Virus record (IMG/VR): IMGVR_UViG_3300037840_000148 | Location: 46,832-110,831 of that record | Origin: a virus | Direction: 5' to 3' (one strand) | Length of the DNA stretch: 64,000 bases | Shown: piece after piece, positions 53,025 through 60,891 of the stretch | Layout of the letters: each line of letters starts with the position of its first letter | Position numbering within the stretch: the first letter of the stretch is position 1 | Made by a program: the position numbers and the translations under genes | Notes under the pieces: model-generated | The model's input: only the letters and a program-made list of their open reading frames with translations | Told to the model about the DNA's origin: nothing | Database searches by the model: none

Positions 53025-53053
53025 ATCTTACCACAACTAGGGGAATTTGTCAA
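53025..53053 (-). promoter_or_regulatory. first early sigma70-type promoter
   Basis: TTGACA-17-TAAGAT with TG extension; similar promoters near 51990, 51685, 50935, 49370, 47765. Confidence 0.7.
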
Positions 53054-53058
53054 GAAAA

Positions 53059-53092
53059 ATCTTCGGCACTATCTTCGGCAGTATCTTCGGCA
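53059..53092. repeat. three ATCTTCGGCA direct repeats, 12-bp period
   Basis: seen directly just upstream of the -35 box. Confidence 0.8.
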
Positions 53093-53646
53093 TCAGACTT
53101 TTTGAATGGGTGGGTCAGGCAAGGTGCCTAAGATTTAGCGTTAAAAATCTTATTTTATATCGATGGAGTACAACCGTAGTGATTATAAAGGACTTATTTT
53201 ATGACCATTTTATATTTTAACGTCAAGTTAGCTAAAACGTCCTGTGGCTCTGGCCGTATTTTTTAATGAAGTTTGTGACAGAATCCTGAAAACGTCCTAA
53301 AAATTGGCTGAGAACGTGAGCCAGAAAAATAGTGTCTACAAAGTTTTGCGACACTATTTTATTCGAGTCAGTTTTTGTGTCGAATAGACCATCTAATCTC
53401 CGCATGAATCGTCAAGCCGCGAGAATCATATTTGCTGGCATCACGAGCCATTCTGCCGGGCTCAGGACCGAAACAAGTATAAAGTGTCAAGCGAAGGCAA
53501 GAAGGCCGCTAAATACGCTTTGCTCAATAAACTCATGAGGTTTATTGAGCAGCTAATAGAGTAGATAGCTGGTCAAAAATTATTTTTAGTGAACAAAACA
53601 AAGGGCTTAGTTATAGAAATGGGTAAAAAAGTGACCAAAACTGATA

Positions 53647-53677
53647 ATTGGTGTGGCATAGCAGGCTACTTTGGGGA
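53647..53677 (+). promoter_or_regulatory. GGTGTGGCA-N8-TACnnT motif, copy 4
   Basis: ATTGGTGTGGCAtagcaggcTACTTTGGGG. Confidence 0.6.
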
Positions 53678-53837
53678 TAGTCTAAGAGATTATAATTAAG
53701 ACCTCAGAGCGAAGCCAGTTAAGAGCAGAGAGACAAAAAGTCAAACAAGCTCAACATAATCAATCGCTTACGAGATAATGAACTAAAACTAGAACAAACA
53801 ATCAAAATAGACAAAAACAATTGAGCCGCCTTGTGTA

Positions 53838-53893
53838 GTGACAAAAAACGTCAACTGTGACATAAAATGTCATTCGATGTGACAAAATTTGTC
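53838..53893. repeat. three GTGACA-N-GTC imperfect palindromes (operator/iteron-like)
   Basis: gtgacaaaaaacgtc, gtgacataaaatgtc, gtgacaaaatttgtc. Confidence 0.7.
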
Positions 53894-54308
53894 GTTTTAG
53901 GCTAAGTTATTGAAAACATTACGCCGCTTGACCGCGGTTTTGACCGTAAGTCAAATACCTAATGAATGGCGCTTTGAAGAAAACAAAGAACTTGCAACGA
54001 TCTCACGCAACAAAATGCAACGAATCGAGCAGGACCGAAGCAACCAGAAAAGCGAAGTCCAAGCGGGCCGGGGAGTACGCTGAGAATTGTGGGATTAGAA
54101 ATTAATTAGTTAAGTTGCAGAATTGAAACGACTTAGGGAAGTTAAACTTGGTTTTTGACTGGAGGTGACCCCGCCCCAGCCGCCCGCCGTCGGTCGCCAC
54201 CGGTGACGTTGGCAAAGCCTATGCCCACCGGTACACCAACGATTCTTCCGTAAGTCCATGATAATACAATATATGCGGCAATCAGACCTTTATTTTAGGT
54301 CTTAATTT

Positions 54309-54366
54309 TGTACGTACATTGGCTCGGGGTGCCCTTAACACCCCGGGCTTTCCTTTAAGGGAGGAA
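54309..54366 (+). promoter_or_regulatory. TGTACGTACA plus kissing-loop leader, copy 1
   Basis: hairpin loops CCCTTAA and TTAAGGG are complementary; second stem contains AGGA. Confidence 0.8.
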
Positions 54367-54369
54367 AAT

Positions 54370-54798
54370 ATGAAAGTGATTTTGAGTAAAGAAGAGTGGT
54401 GCCAGTTTCGTAAGCCTTGCGTTTATAAGTTTATTGATGGCTTAGGTAATCCAATTTATATTGGGTTCGGAAGACATGGCTACGACCGCGTTTTTAATGG
54501 CCCTAGTCAAAAACATCTAAATAGAGAAACAGCTAAAGATGTTTGTTCGTCTGTTCAAGTTGAATTTTTTGATACACATCAAGAAGCCAATGATGCAGAG
54601 AATTTAGAAATTCATAAATACCACCCTATTTATAATAAGTGTTGTACTCTTTGCGCTGTTTACGATAAAATTAAAAAGAGTGGAGAACCAATCACTAGGA
54701 CGGTGATATCAAAGGCTAAGAAGGCCCCAAAGCCCGCTAAGTGGTTTCTTCTTAAATATCCAAATGGTATGACGAATTTAAAACCGTCGTCACAATAA
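54370..54798 (+). CDS. GIY-YIG endonuclease
   Basis: CVYKF...IYIG, R, E...I....P.YN; start placed at Met after GGAGG. Confidence 0.78.
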   Translation: MKVILSKEEWCQFRKPCVYKFIDGLGNPIYIGFGRHGYDRVFNGPSQKHLNRETAKDVCSSVQVEFFDTHQEANDAENLEIHKYHPIYNKCCTLCAVYDKIKKSGEPITRTVISKAKKAPKPAKWFLLKYPNGMTNLKPSSQ

Positions 54799-54825
54799 GA
54801 TAATTTGTCCGGTAGGAGCGTGGTC

Positions 54826-55890
54826 ATGGGTTTCAACCGACCATCAAGAACTACTCTGGACCCCACGCTGAGAAGTGTGGAATCACAGGATTTCCAAATA
54901 GCATTAGAAAGTAAAATAGTCGGTCAACCGGAAGGCATCAAGGCTCTCGTTGATCTGTATCAAGTCTTCCGCGCAGGAATGTCGTCTACTGGACGGCCGG
55001 TAGGTAATCTGTTATTTTTAGGTCCGACGGGATCAGGCAAGACTCGATTAGTCGAGGCCGCGGCTGAAGTTTTATTCGGCAACGCGAAGTCAATCATTAA
55101 AGCCGATTGTGCTGAATATCAACACTCACATGAAATCGCGAAAGTCATAGGTTCGCCTCCTGGTTACTTAGGGCACCGAGAAACGCACCCTTTATTCACT
55201 CAAGAAGCGCTCGACCAGTCGCACACGGAAAATTTAAAGTTGAGTTTCGTCCTGTTTGATGAAATCGAGAAAGCGAGTGACGCATTATGGCAACTTCTTC
55301 TCGGCGTCCTCGATAAAGCAACGCTGACACTCGGTGATAACCGAAAGGTAGACTTTTCCAGAACGATGATTTTCCTGACGTCAAATCTTGGCGGCCGGGA
55401 AATAACCGAACTTCTAACAGGCAAGATGGGCTTCACGCCACCCGAAGAACAGAACGCAAAATTAGACGGGAAGATTAAAATCACGGCAGAACACGCCGCG
55501 AGAAAAAAGTTCTCTCCGGAGTTCATGAATCGATTAGATAAAGTAGTCGTCTTTCATCCGTTACAGAAAGAACACCTCGAACAGATTCTGGATATCGAGT
55601 TAGCGATGGTTCAGGATAGAATTCTTAATACGACCCGTGAACTAGGTCAATTTTTGTTCAAGACGACAGCAAACGCCCGGGCATTCCTTCTTCAAGAAGG
55701 CATTGACATTAAATACGGCGCACGTCATTTGAAGCGAACAATCGAGCGTCAGATAGTCTATCCGTTAGCAAATTTAGTCGCAACAGACCAGATTCAATTC
55801 GGAGATTTGGTAACGATAGATTGGAATGGTACAGCCACACTGCTTTCATTCCAGAAGGAACGTGGCGCGGCACTAAGCCATCGAGCTTAA
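54826..55890 (+). CDS. stand-alone ClpA/ClpB D2-type AAA+ ATPase
   Basis: IVGQ, FLGPTGSGKT, IGSPPGYLG, FDEIEKA, TSNLG, PEFMNRLD, GAR.LKR. Confidence 0.9.
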   Translation: MGFNRPSRTTLDPTLRSVESQDFQIALESKIVGQPEGIKALVDLYQVFRAGMSSTGRPVGNLLFLGPTGSGKTRLVEAAAEVLFGNAKSIIKADCAEYQHSHEIAKVIGSPPGYLGHRETHPLFTQEALDQSHTENLKLSFVLFDEIEKASDALWQLLLGVLDKATLTLGDNRKVDFSRTMIFLTSNLGGREITELLTGKMGFTPPEEQNAKLDGKIKITAEHAARKKFSPEFMNRLDKVVVFHPLQKEHLEQILDIELAMVQDRILNTTRELGQFLFKTTANARAFLLQEGIDIKYGARHLKRTIERQIVYPLANLVATDQIQFGDLVTIDWNGTATLLSFQKERGAALSHRA

Positions 55891-55902
55891 GGAAAAACTA
55901 TA

Positions 55903-56109
55903 ATGGATACAACTAAAGTTTATTTTATCGATGAGTTTAAGTGGACGGCTTTTAGTGAAGACGAAGCCGTAGCTGCTTTAAAAAGTAAGATTAATTCAGG
56001 AAAATATTCTTATATTAAAACAGTCAATCCCAAAGACGTTGTACAGCTTTTTTATACTAAGGACGAAAAAACTTTTAGTTTTCCTATCTTAGTTTCTTCT
56101 TTGTTGTAA
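55903..56109 (+). CDS. hypothetical protein
   Basis: AAGGA SD, in chain. Confidence 0.5.
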   Translation: MDTTKVYFIDEFKWTAFSEDEAVAALKSKINSGKYSYIKTVNPKDVVQLFYTKDEKTFSFPILVSSLL

Positions 56110-56119
56110 AAGGAACACA

Positions 56120-56311
56120 ATGTGGACCGATAAAGAAATCGATTTGATAGTCCAGGCTTTGATTGATCCGCCGCCTTACGGGTTTACAGAATACGAGAAG
56201 AAAGAGTTTTTGGATTATCTAAAGCGCCCGTCAATATTCGACCAACGCCCCGTTATGTATAAGGGAGCAGCAATCCGTTCGTTTTTTAATTATGTTAAGG
56301 ACGAAGCTTAA
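56120..56311 (+). CDS. hypothetical protein
   Basis: AAGGA SD, in chain. Confidence 0.5.
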   Translation: MWTDKEIDLIVQALIDPPPYGFTEYEKKEFLDYLKRPSIFDQRPVMYKGAAIRSFFNYVKDEA

Positions 56312-56563
56312 ATGGACTCTAGAACACTCTTCTTAATAAATCTCACGAAGACAGATTTTGATAATCTCCATCACGCTAAGGTTATGTACAGCGGTTCGGC
56401 TGGTGATCCACATTTTGATAGCGACCCAACTCCTTGGGGATCTAACGCCCCGTACATCGCTTCTTTCGTAGGGCAGTTTTTTAAAGCGATAAGAGCGTTG
56501 AAGTGGAAGCGTTTTTCTGTTAAAGTAATTGAGGATCAGTGGTTCGTTAAAAGAATTCGATAA
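56312..56563 (+). CDS. hypothetical protein
   Basis: abuts upstream stop. Confidence 0.5.
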   Translation: MDSRTLFLINLTKTDFDNLHHAKVMYSGSAGDPHFDSDPTPWGSNAPYIASFVGQFFKAIRALKWKRFSVKVIEDQWFVKRIR

Positions 56564-56565
56564 AT

Positions 56566-57210
56566 ATGAAAGTCTTGATAGCCATACTCAGTTATAATCA
56601 AGGCCGACAGCATCATGAACTGATAAGAAACACTTGGCTACAAGGCTGCAAAACAGACTATAAGTTTATTTTAGGAAACGAAACTAAAGATCCGCAGCAG
56701 GATGAACTGGTTGTAGACTCCCAAGATACATACTACGACCTAATTTTTAAAGTCGAGAAGTCGGTCGAGTATGCATTGATTAATAATTATGATTATTTGT
56801 TTAGATGCGATCTTGATACCTATGTTTGTATAGATCGTCTCTTACGATCCGGATTCGAGCAACATGATTGGTCAGGATACGGAGAGCCTTACGGCGGAAG
56901 CGGTTATTGGCTTAGTCGGAAAGCAACGCAAGCCTTAATTGATAATACGAATTATCTTGATGTCTATGAAAGCGAAGATACTCACGTAGCTCGGATATTA
57001 CGCCAGCAAGGCTTTACACCTTTTCAAGACAGAAGGTACTATTCTTCAACCAATGAAGGTCCAAGCCTAGATAACGATTTAATCACCAGCCATTGGTATG
57101 TTGAGGTAAATGCCGTACGTAATGGTAAGATTTATGATCGCCGGATAGATTTATACGAACGTTTAAGACTGATTCCTGTTTATCATGAAAAAGCAAAATT
57201 TTTAAAATAG
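56566..57210 (+). CDS. GT31/Fringe-like glycosyltransferase
   Basis: IRNTW, DTYYDL.FK, RCDLDTY, GGSGYWLSRKA, SED..V. Confidence 0.78.
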   Translation: MKVLIAILSYNQGRQHHELIRNTWLQGCKTDYKFILGNETKDPQQDELVVDSQDTYYDLIFKVEKSVEYALINNYDYLFRCDLDTYVCIDRLLRSGFEQHDWSGYGEPYGGSGYWLSRKATQALIDNTNYLDVYESEDTHVARILRQQGFTPFQDRRYYSSTNEGPSLDNDLITSHWYVEVNAVRNGKIYDRRIDLYERLRLIPVYHEKAKFLK

Positions 57211-57213
57211 TGC

Positions 57214-57242
57214 TTGACAAAGATTCTAACCTGTGTTACCAT
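57214..57242 (+). promoter_or_regulatory. sigma70-type promoter
   Basis: TTGACA-17-TACCAT. Confidence 0.7.
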
Positions 57243-57430
57243 GCACTAGTTAGATGAGTCGCGCAAGCGACGGGAGGTGTAACGGCTTAAAGCAAGCTGA
57301 CAACTCTAAGATGAATAAATACAACTAAAAGCAAGACTCGTCGCCAGACGAGGTTGCCGCCGGGGAAATGACACCGCGAGCGCAACGCTACGACCGGTAT
57401 AAAAGTACCCGGCTTTAAATTTGAGGATTT

Positions 57431-57697
57431 ATGAAAACATCGATTCCAGTAGGACCAGGTAAGTCAACGCCAGAAGGCGGAACAACGCAACCTGCAGGAA
57501 AGTCGAGTGAGTGCGATGCAGTCTTAAGAAAGGGAAAGCTGCCTAAAGCTGAGAAGGTTACAGAAGCGCAGGAAGTAAAGGGTGCAGCACGGAAAGCAAT
57601 CGATATTCAAGTGATGGGTGACGGCGGAAGTTTGAGCCCCAACGCTAATGGGAAAAAACGCGGCCGTGCGGTGTGGGGAGTTAAGGAACCGGAATAA
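57431..57697 (+). CDS. hypothetical basic protein
   Basis: GAGGA SD, 88 aa. Confidence 0.55.
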   Translation: MKTSIPVGPGKSTPEGGTTQPAGKSSECDAVLRKGKLPKAEKVTEAQEVKGAARKAIDIQVMGDGGSLSPNANGKKRGRAVWGVKEPE

Positions 57698-57712
57698 TTA
57701 TTGAAATAGTAC

Positions 57713-57741
57713 TTGACAAAGATTCAAGATTGTGGTAATGT
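57713..57741 (+). promoter_or_regulatory. sigma70-type promoter of tRNA array
   Basis: TTGACA-17-TAATGT with TG extension. Confidence 0.7.
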
Positions 57742-57759
57742 ATAAAAAGAAAAGTTTAA

Positions 57760-57834
57760 GCAAGATTGGTCTAGCGCTCATGACGCCGCACCTGTAATGC
57801 GGAAGCCGAAGTTGGACTCTTCGATTTTGCTCCA
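57760..57834 (+). tRNA. tRNA-Thr(TGT), atypical
   Basis: cloverleaf; ccgca-CCTGTAA-tgcgg; CCA end. Confidence 0.65.
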
Positions 57835-57839
57835 AAGTT

Positions 57840-57891
57840 TGTACGTACAATTAGGGGGTGCTGCAACACCCCCACTAAACCTTTGCAGAGG
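57840..57891 (+). promoter_or_regulatory. TGTACGTACA plus kissing-loop leader, copy 2
   Basis: loops CTGCAA and TTGCAG; second stem CCT/AGG. Confidence 0.8.
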
Positions 57892-57898
57892 AGAATAG

Positions 57899-58252
57899 AT
57901 GTCTCATAAAGATTCTAAAGTTCGTTCTGATTATTATAAACAATGGTATCAAGAAAATAGAAGCGACGAAATCAAAAGAGCTAGAAGTAATCAAAATTAT
58001 TTAAGACAATTTATACAAACAAAGAAAGACGTTCCTTGTAAAGATTGTGGTATAAAGTATCCATATTACATTATGGCTTTTGATCACGTTCGAGGAAAGA
58101 AATTAGGTAATTTAAGTCGGATGCACGTCATGTTTGGAAAAGTTCAGATATTAAAAGAAATAGCGAAATGTGATGTTGTTTGTGCTAATTGTCATGCTGC
58201 CAGAACCTGGAAAAGATTAAAAGGCAGACTGAAAGATTGGACGGAGATTTAA
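57899..58252 (+). CDS. HNH-type endonuclease
   Basis: CKDCG, FDHVRG.K, EIAKCDVVCANCH..RT. Confidence 0.85.
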   Translation: MSHKDSKVRSDYYKQWYQENRSDEIKRARSNQNYLRQFIQTKKDVPCKDCGIKYPYYIMAFDHVRGKKLGNLSRMHVMFGKVQILKEIAKCDVVCANCHAARTWKRLKGRLKDWTEI

Positions 58253-58293
58253 CAGTTTAAGTCCTCGCACGTATTGTACGGTGAGGCAGGATA

Positions 58294-58364
58294 GGCTCTA
58301 AACGTGGGTTCGAGTCCCACACGATGCCTTCGGGGATTGTTCGTCTAGCGGTAGGACGAGAGCC
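58294..58364 (+). ncRNA. circularly permuted tRNA-like RNA (YrlA/Y-RNA-like module)
   Basis: T arm, then acceptor stem capped by cUUCGg, then D arm; closed by ggctct/agagcc. Confidence 0.7.
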
Positions 58365-58370
58365 ATGATT

Positions 58371-58444
58371 GTGGTCGTAGCCTAAAAGTAAGGCACGGGC
58401 CTGTGAAGCCTGTTAAGTGGGCGCGTTACCCACCGATCACCCCA
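58371..58444 (+). tRNA. tRNA-His(GTG)
   Basis: CTGTGAA loop, C73, CCA. Confidence 0.8.
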
Positions 58445-58445
58445 T

Positions 58446-58519
58446 ACGGGAATCTTATAGTGGCAGTATCTATGCGTCGGAAGCATAGGGCGCTGATTCG
58501 ATTTCAGCTTCCCGTACCA
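58446..58519 (+). tRNA. tRNA-Pro(CGG)
   Basis: tatgc-GTCGGAA-gcata, CCA. Confidence 0.75.
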
Positions 58520-58561
58520 ATTTTAGAAGTATAGTAATTGGAGTGTAGTATAGGAGTAAAA

Positions 58562-58858
58562 ATGGACGTCGTTTCTATTGTGGCGAATTTGCAAAAAGAA
58601 CGTGATTGGTATAAAGAACAGTTTAAAGAATGTCAAGCCATCATAAAGCAACTTGTCGATGGCCCTGGTGAGTTTGAATACATCCACCCGTTTGACGTCG
58701 CGGAGATGTTTAATATTGCTGGTGGCACCGATTTTATAGATGTCTTTACGAAGTCATCATACGCGGCAGATACGAACGGTTGTTTTATATGGGGTAGTTC
58801 CGGAAAGAAATACAAACAGTCTCCGAATATTCCGGCGAAGTCAAAGAATTTTAAATAA
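58562..58858 (+). CDS. hypothetical protein
   Basis: AGGAG SD before ATG at 58562. Confidence 0.6.
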   Translation: MDVVSIVANLQKERDWYKEQFKECQAIIKQLVDGPGEFEYIHPFDVAEMFNIAGGTDFIDVFTKSSYAADTNGCFIWGSSGKKYKQSPNIPAKSKNFK

Positions 58859-58933
58859 CGAGAAGTAGCTTAATAGCAGAGCACACGGTTTGGAGCCGTG
58901 GGGGTGTTCGTGCAATTCGAACTTTCTCGACCA
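58859..58933 (+). tRNA. tRNA-Pro(TGG)
   Basis: cacgg-TTTGGAG-ccgtg, CCA. Confidence 0.85.
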
Positions 58934-58938
58934 ATTTT

Positions 58939-59076
58939 ATGATAGCAACGTTAGCATTTTTAGCAGGAATGTTTTTCACCTTGATTGTCGCTCATACAAG
59001 AATGACATTCAAGAAAAAGGCCGCCCTCGTTGCATTAGCAGGAGCCGTGGTCGGAGTAATAATATTTTTAAGTTAG
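58939..59076 (+). CDS. small two-helix membrane protein (not in ORF track)
   Basis: MIATLAFLAGMFF...VVGVIIFLS fills the tRNA spacer; no SD. Confidence 0.45.
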   Translation: MIATLAFLAGMFFTLIVAHTRMTFKKKAALVALAGAVVGVIIFLS

Positions 59077-59152
59077 GCTGTCTGACGTAACTGGTAAACG
59101 TGTTGGTTTCAAAAACCAAATTCTCTGAGTTCGAGTCTCAGGATAGCCACCA
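59076..59152 (+). tRNA. tRNA-Leu(CAA), short variable arm
   Basis: ttggt-TTCAAAA-accaa, TTCGAGT loop, CCA. Confidence 0.75.
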
Positions 59153-59153
59153 T

Positions 59154-59241
59154 ATCGGTATGGCGAAATTGGCGAGACGCAATTGGCTTAAACCCAATCG
59201 GGGTCATACCCATACAGGTTCGAATCCTGTTACCGATACCA
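59154..59241 (+). tRNA. tRNA-Leu(TAA)
   Basis: class II cloverleaf, CCA. Confidence 0.9.
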
Positions 59242-59248
59242 AATTTAT

Positions 59249-59334
59249 CCGTCGCTGGTGGAAATGGCGAGACACGATAGTCTTAGAAACTATTGGAGAA
59301 ATCCGTGAAAGTTCGAATCTTTCGCGACGGACCA
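59249..59334 (+). tRNA. tRNA-Leu(TAG)
   Basis: class II cloverleaf, CCA. Confidence 0.9.
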
Positions 59335-59430
59335 TTTTAGTACCGCTGCCTGTGGTAAAAGGCAACGCCCTCGTCAAGGAAGTCGTGACGTAAACCGAGG
59401 CGTAAAGAGTATCGGTCTTAAATTTTCAGT

Positions 59431-59504
59431 GGGCTTTTGGTCTACCGCGATGACGGATGTTTTGCAAACATCAAGAAGCAGTTGGATTCTGCTAAGGTCC
59501 ACCA
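59431..59504 (+). tRNA. tRNA-Ala(TGC)
   Basis: G3:U70 pair, TTTGCAA loop, CCA. Confidence 0.82.
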
Positions 59505-59512
59505 TTTTCTAA

Positions 59513-59585
59513 TGCGGGAAGCTTTGGTAAGCAGGTAGCTCTCATAAGGCTCGCCACCGCGATTCGATTTCGCGTCCCGCGACCA
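59513..59585 (+). tRNA. tRNA-Met/Ile2(CAT)
   Basis: CTCATAA loop, CCA. Confidence 0.7.
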
Positions 59586-59593
59586 TTTTCAAA

Positions 59594-59667
59594 GCGTTCA
59601 TGGCCGATTGGTTAGGCACTTGGCTTCCACCCAGGACAAGCGAATTCGATTTTCGCTGAACGCTCCA
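59594..59667 (+). tRNA. tRNA-Gly(TCC)
   Basis: CTTCCAC loop, U73, CCA. Confidence 0.88.
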
Positions 59668-59740
59668 AGATTGTCGAAGCGCAGGACTGGTAGAGCCCGT
59701 AAACTCGGAGCACCGGTTTTAAGCGGTCGACAAGCATTTC

Positions 59741-59814
59741 GCGGCTCTCGTATATTGGCAGTACGAGACCTTGCCAAGGTTTAAGAAGGGGTCCGATTCC
59801 CCTGAGCCGCTCCA
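59741..59814 (+). tRNA. tRNA-Gly(GCC)
   Basis: TTGCCAA loop, U73, CCA. Confidence 0.88.
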
Positions 59815-59989
59815 AGTTTCTCAGTCGTGTGGATAGTATCGCGCTGAAACGAGTTGAGGGTGAGCCGTCAGGCTACGAGAAACACCCAACACTTCCGCTC
59901 CCGCGCCGACTACTTTACGCTCGTTCTTTGTGGATCTCGGGGCTTTCGGGCACCGAATAAGGTCGGTCACACGACATTTTTTTTTCTAA

Positions 59990-60064
59990 GCAGGGCTGGT
60001 CCAGTGTCCAAGACGCGCCCCTCGTAAGGTCGAAACCGAAGTTAAATTCTTCGGCCCTGCTCCA
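59990..60064 (+). tRNA. tRNA-Thr(CGT)
   Basis: CTCGTAA loop, CCA. Confidence 0.75.
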
Positions 60065-60065
60065 A

Positions 60066-60139
60066 GCCGAAGTAGTTCAATGTTAGAACGGTGCATTGGT
60101 AATGCACAGGCTCAGGTTAGATTCCTGGCTTTGGCTCCA
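60066..60139 (+). tRNA. tRNA-Thr(GGT)
   Basis: TTGGTAA loop, CCA. Confidence 0.88.
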
Positions 60140-60146
60140 GTTTTTA

Positions 60147-60221
60147 GCAGAGGTAGTTTAGCAGGAAAAATAAATCCTCGGTAAGGATTAGTCTCGGGTT
60201 CGAAGCCCGACATCTGCTCCA
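60147..60221 (+). tRNA. tRNA-Thr(GGT), atypical second copy
   Basis: aatcc-TCGGTAA-ggatt, CCA. Confidence 0.65.
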
Positions 60222-60295
60222 TGTTTCAACGGGACGGGATAAGCCATTCGCGAATGGATAAGCCTGAGGTCATAACTCTAACGTCCCCCAGTTTT

Positions 60296-60372
60296 GGGTT
60301 GCTAGTGTCAATACGTAACACAGCGGACTTTTAATCCGACGAATCTTGGTGCAAATCCAAGGCGACCCACCA
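60296..60372 (+). tRNA. tRNA-Lys(TTT)
   Basis: CTTTTAA loop, CCA. Confidence 0.85.
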
Positions 60373-60478
60373 ATTTCTACGGGATCTGAATTCGAAAAGA
60401 AACGAATAGTCATCGTGAAAACTAGTGAGTAGCGATGAAAGGTGTTGGTTAAAATTCCGGCCGATCCCAGACATTTGT

Positions 60479-60554
60479 GAACTGCAGGTGTTAGCGACAG
60501 CATTCTTCCCTCTTAAGGAATGAGGTCCGGGTTTGAGCCCCGGGCGGTTCACCA
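60479..60554 (+). tRNA. tRNA-Lys(CTT)
   Basis: CTCTTAA loop, CCA. Confidence 0.78.
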
Positions 60555-60715
60555 AGTTTGTTTAAGTCGAGGGAATTGCCGACTGAAGAAATTCAGCGGT
60601 TCGACTAGGTTATGTCACGGCGATGCATAGGATAAAGGAAGCCCTCCTGACTGTGTTATCTTCGAACTCTACCGAATGACTGCTGTGATGAGTCGGTAGT
60701 AAACAAAAAAGTTAA

Positions 60716-60790
60716 GGGCTTATCGTCCAATGGATAAGACGCGGCGCTACGAAAGCCGAAACCAAGGTCCAAATCCTTGTAGGCCCTCCA
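60716..60790 (+). tRNA. tRNA-Arg(ACG)
   Basis: CTACGAA loop, CCA. Confidence 0.88.
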
Positions 60791-60891
60791 GTATTTATCG
60801 GTATACTGGCATGAATGACCCGGGACATCACCGGAGCCCGGTATTCACGTTAAGTAAACCGAAAGCGAGTGAGAGTCTCGCAACATTTTAT

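Noticed and set aside
80-53131. Plus-strand ORFs opposite the minus-strand gene block
   Set aside because: They are antisense shadows of well-supported genes and show no recognisable motifs.
57250-57413. tmRNA
   Set aside because: No alanine-type acceptor stem, T arm with CCA, or tag frame could be found.
59671-59733. SRP 4.5S RNA
   Set aside because: Lacks the CAGG-GNRA-AGCAG helix-8 motif.
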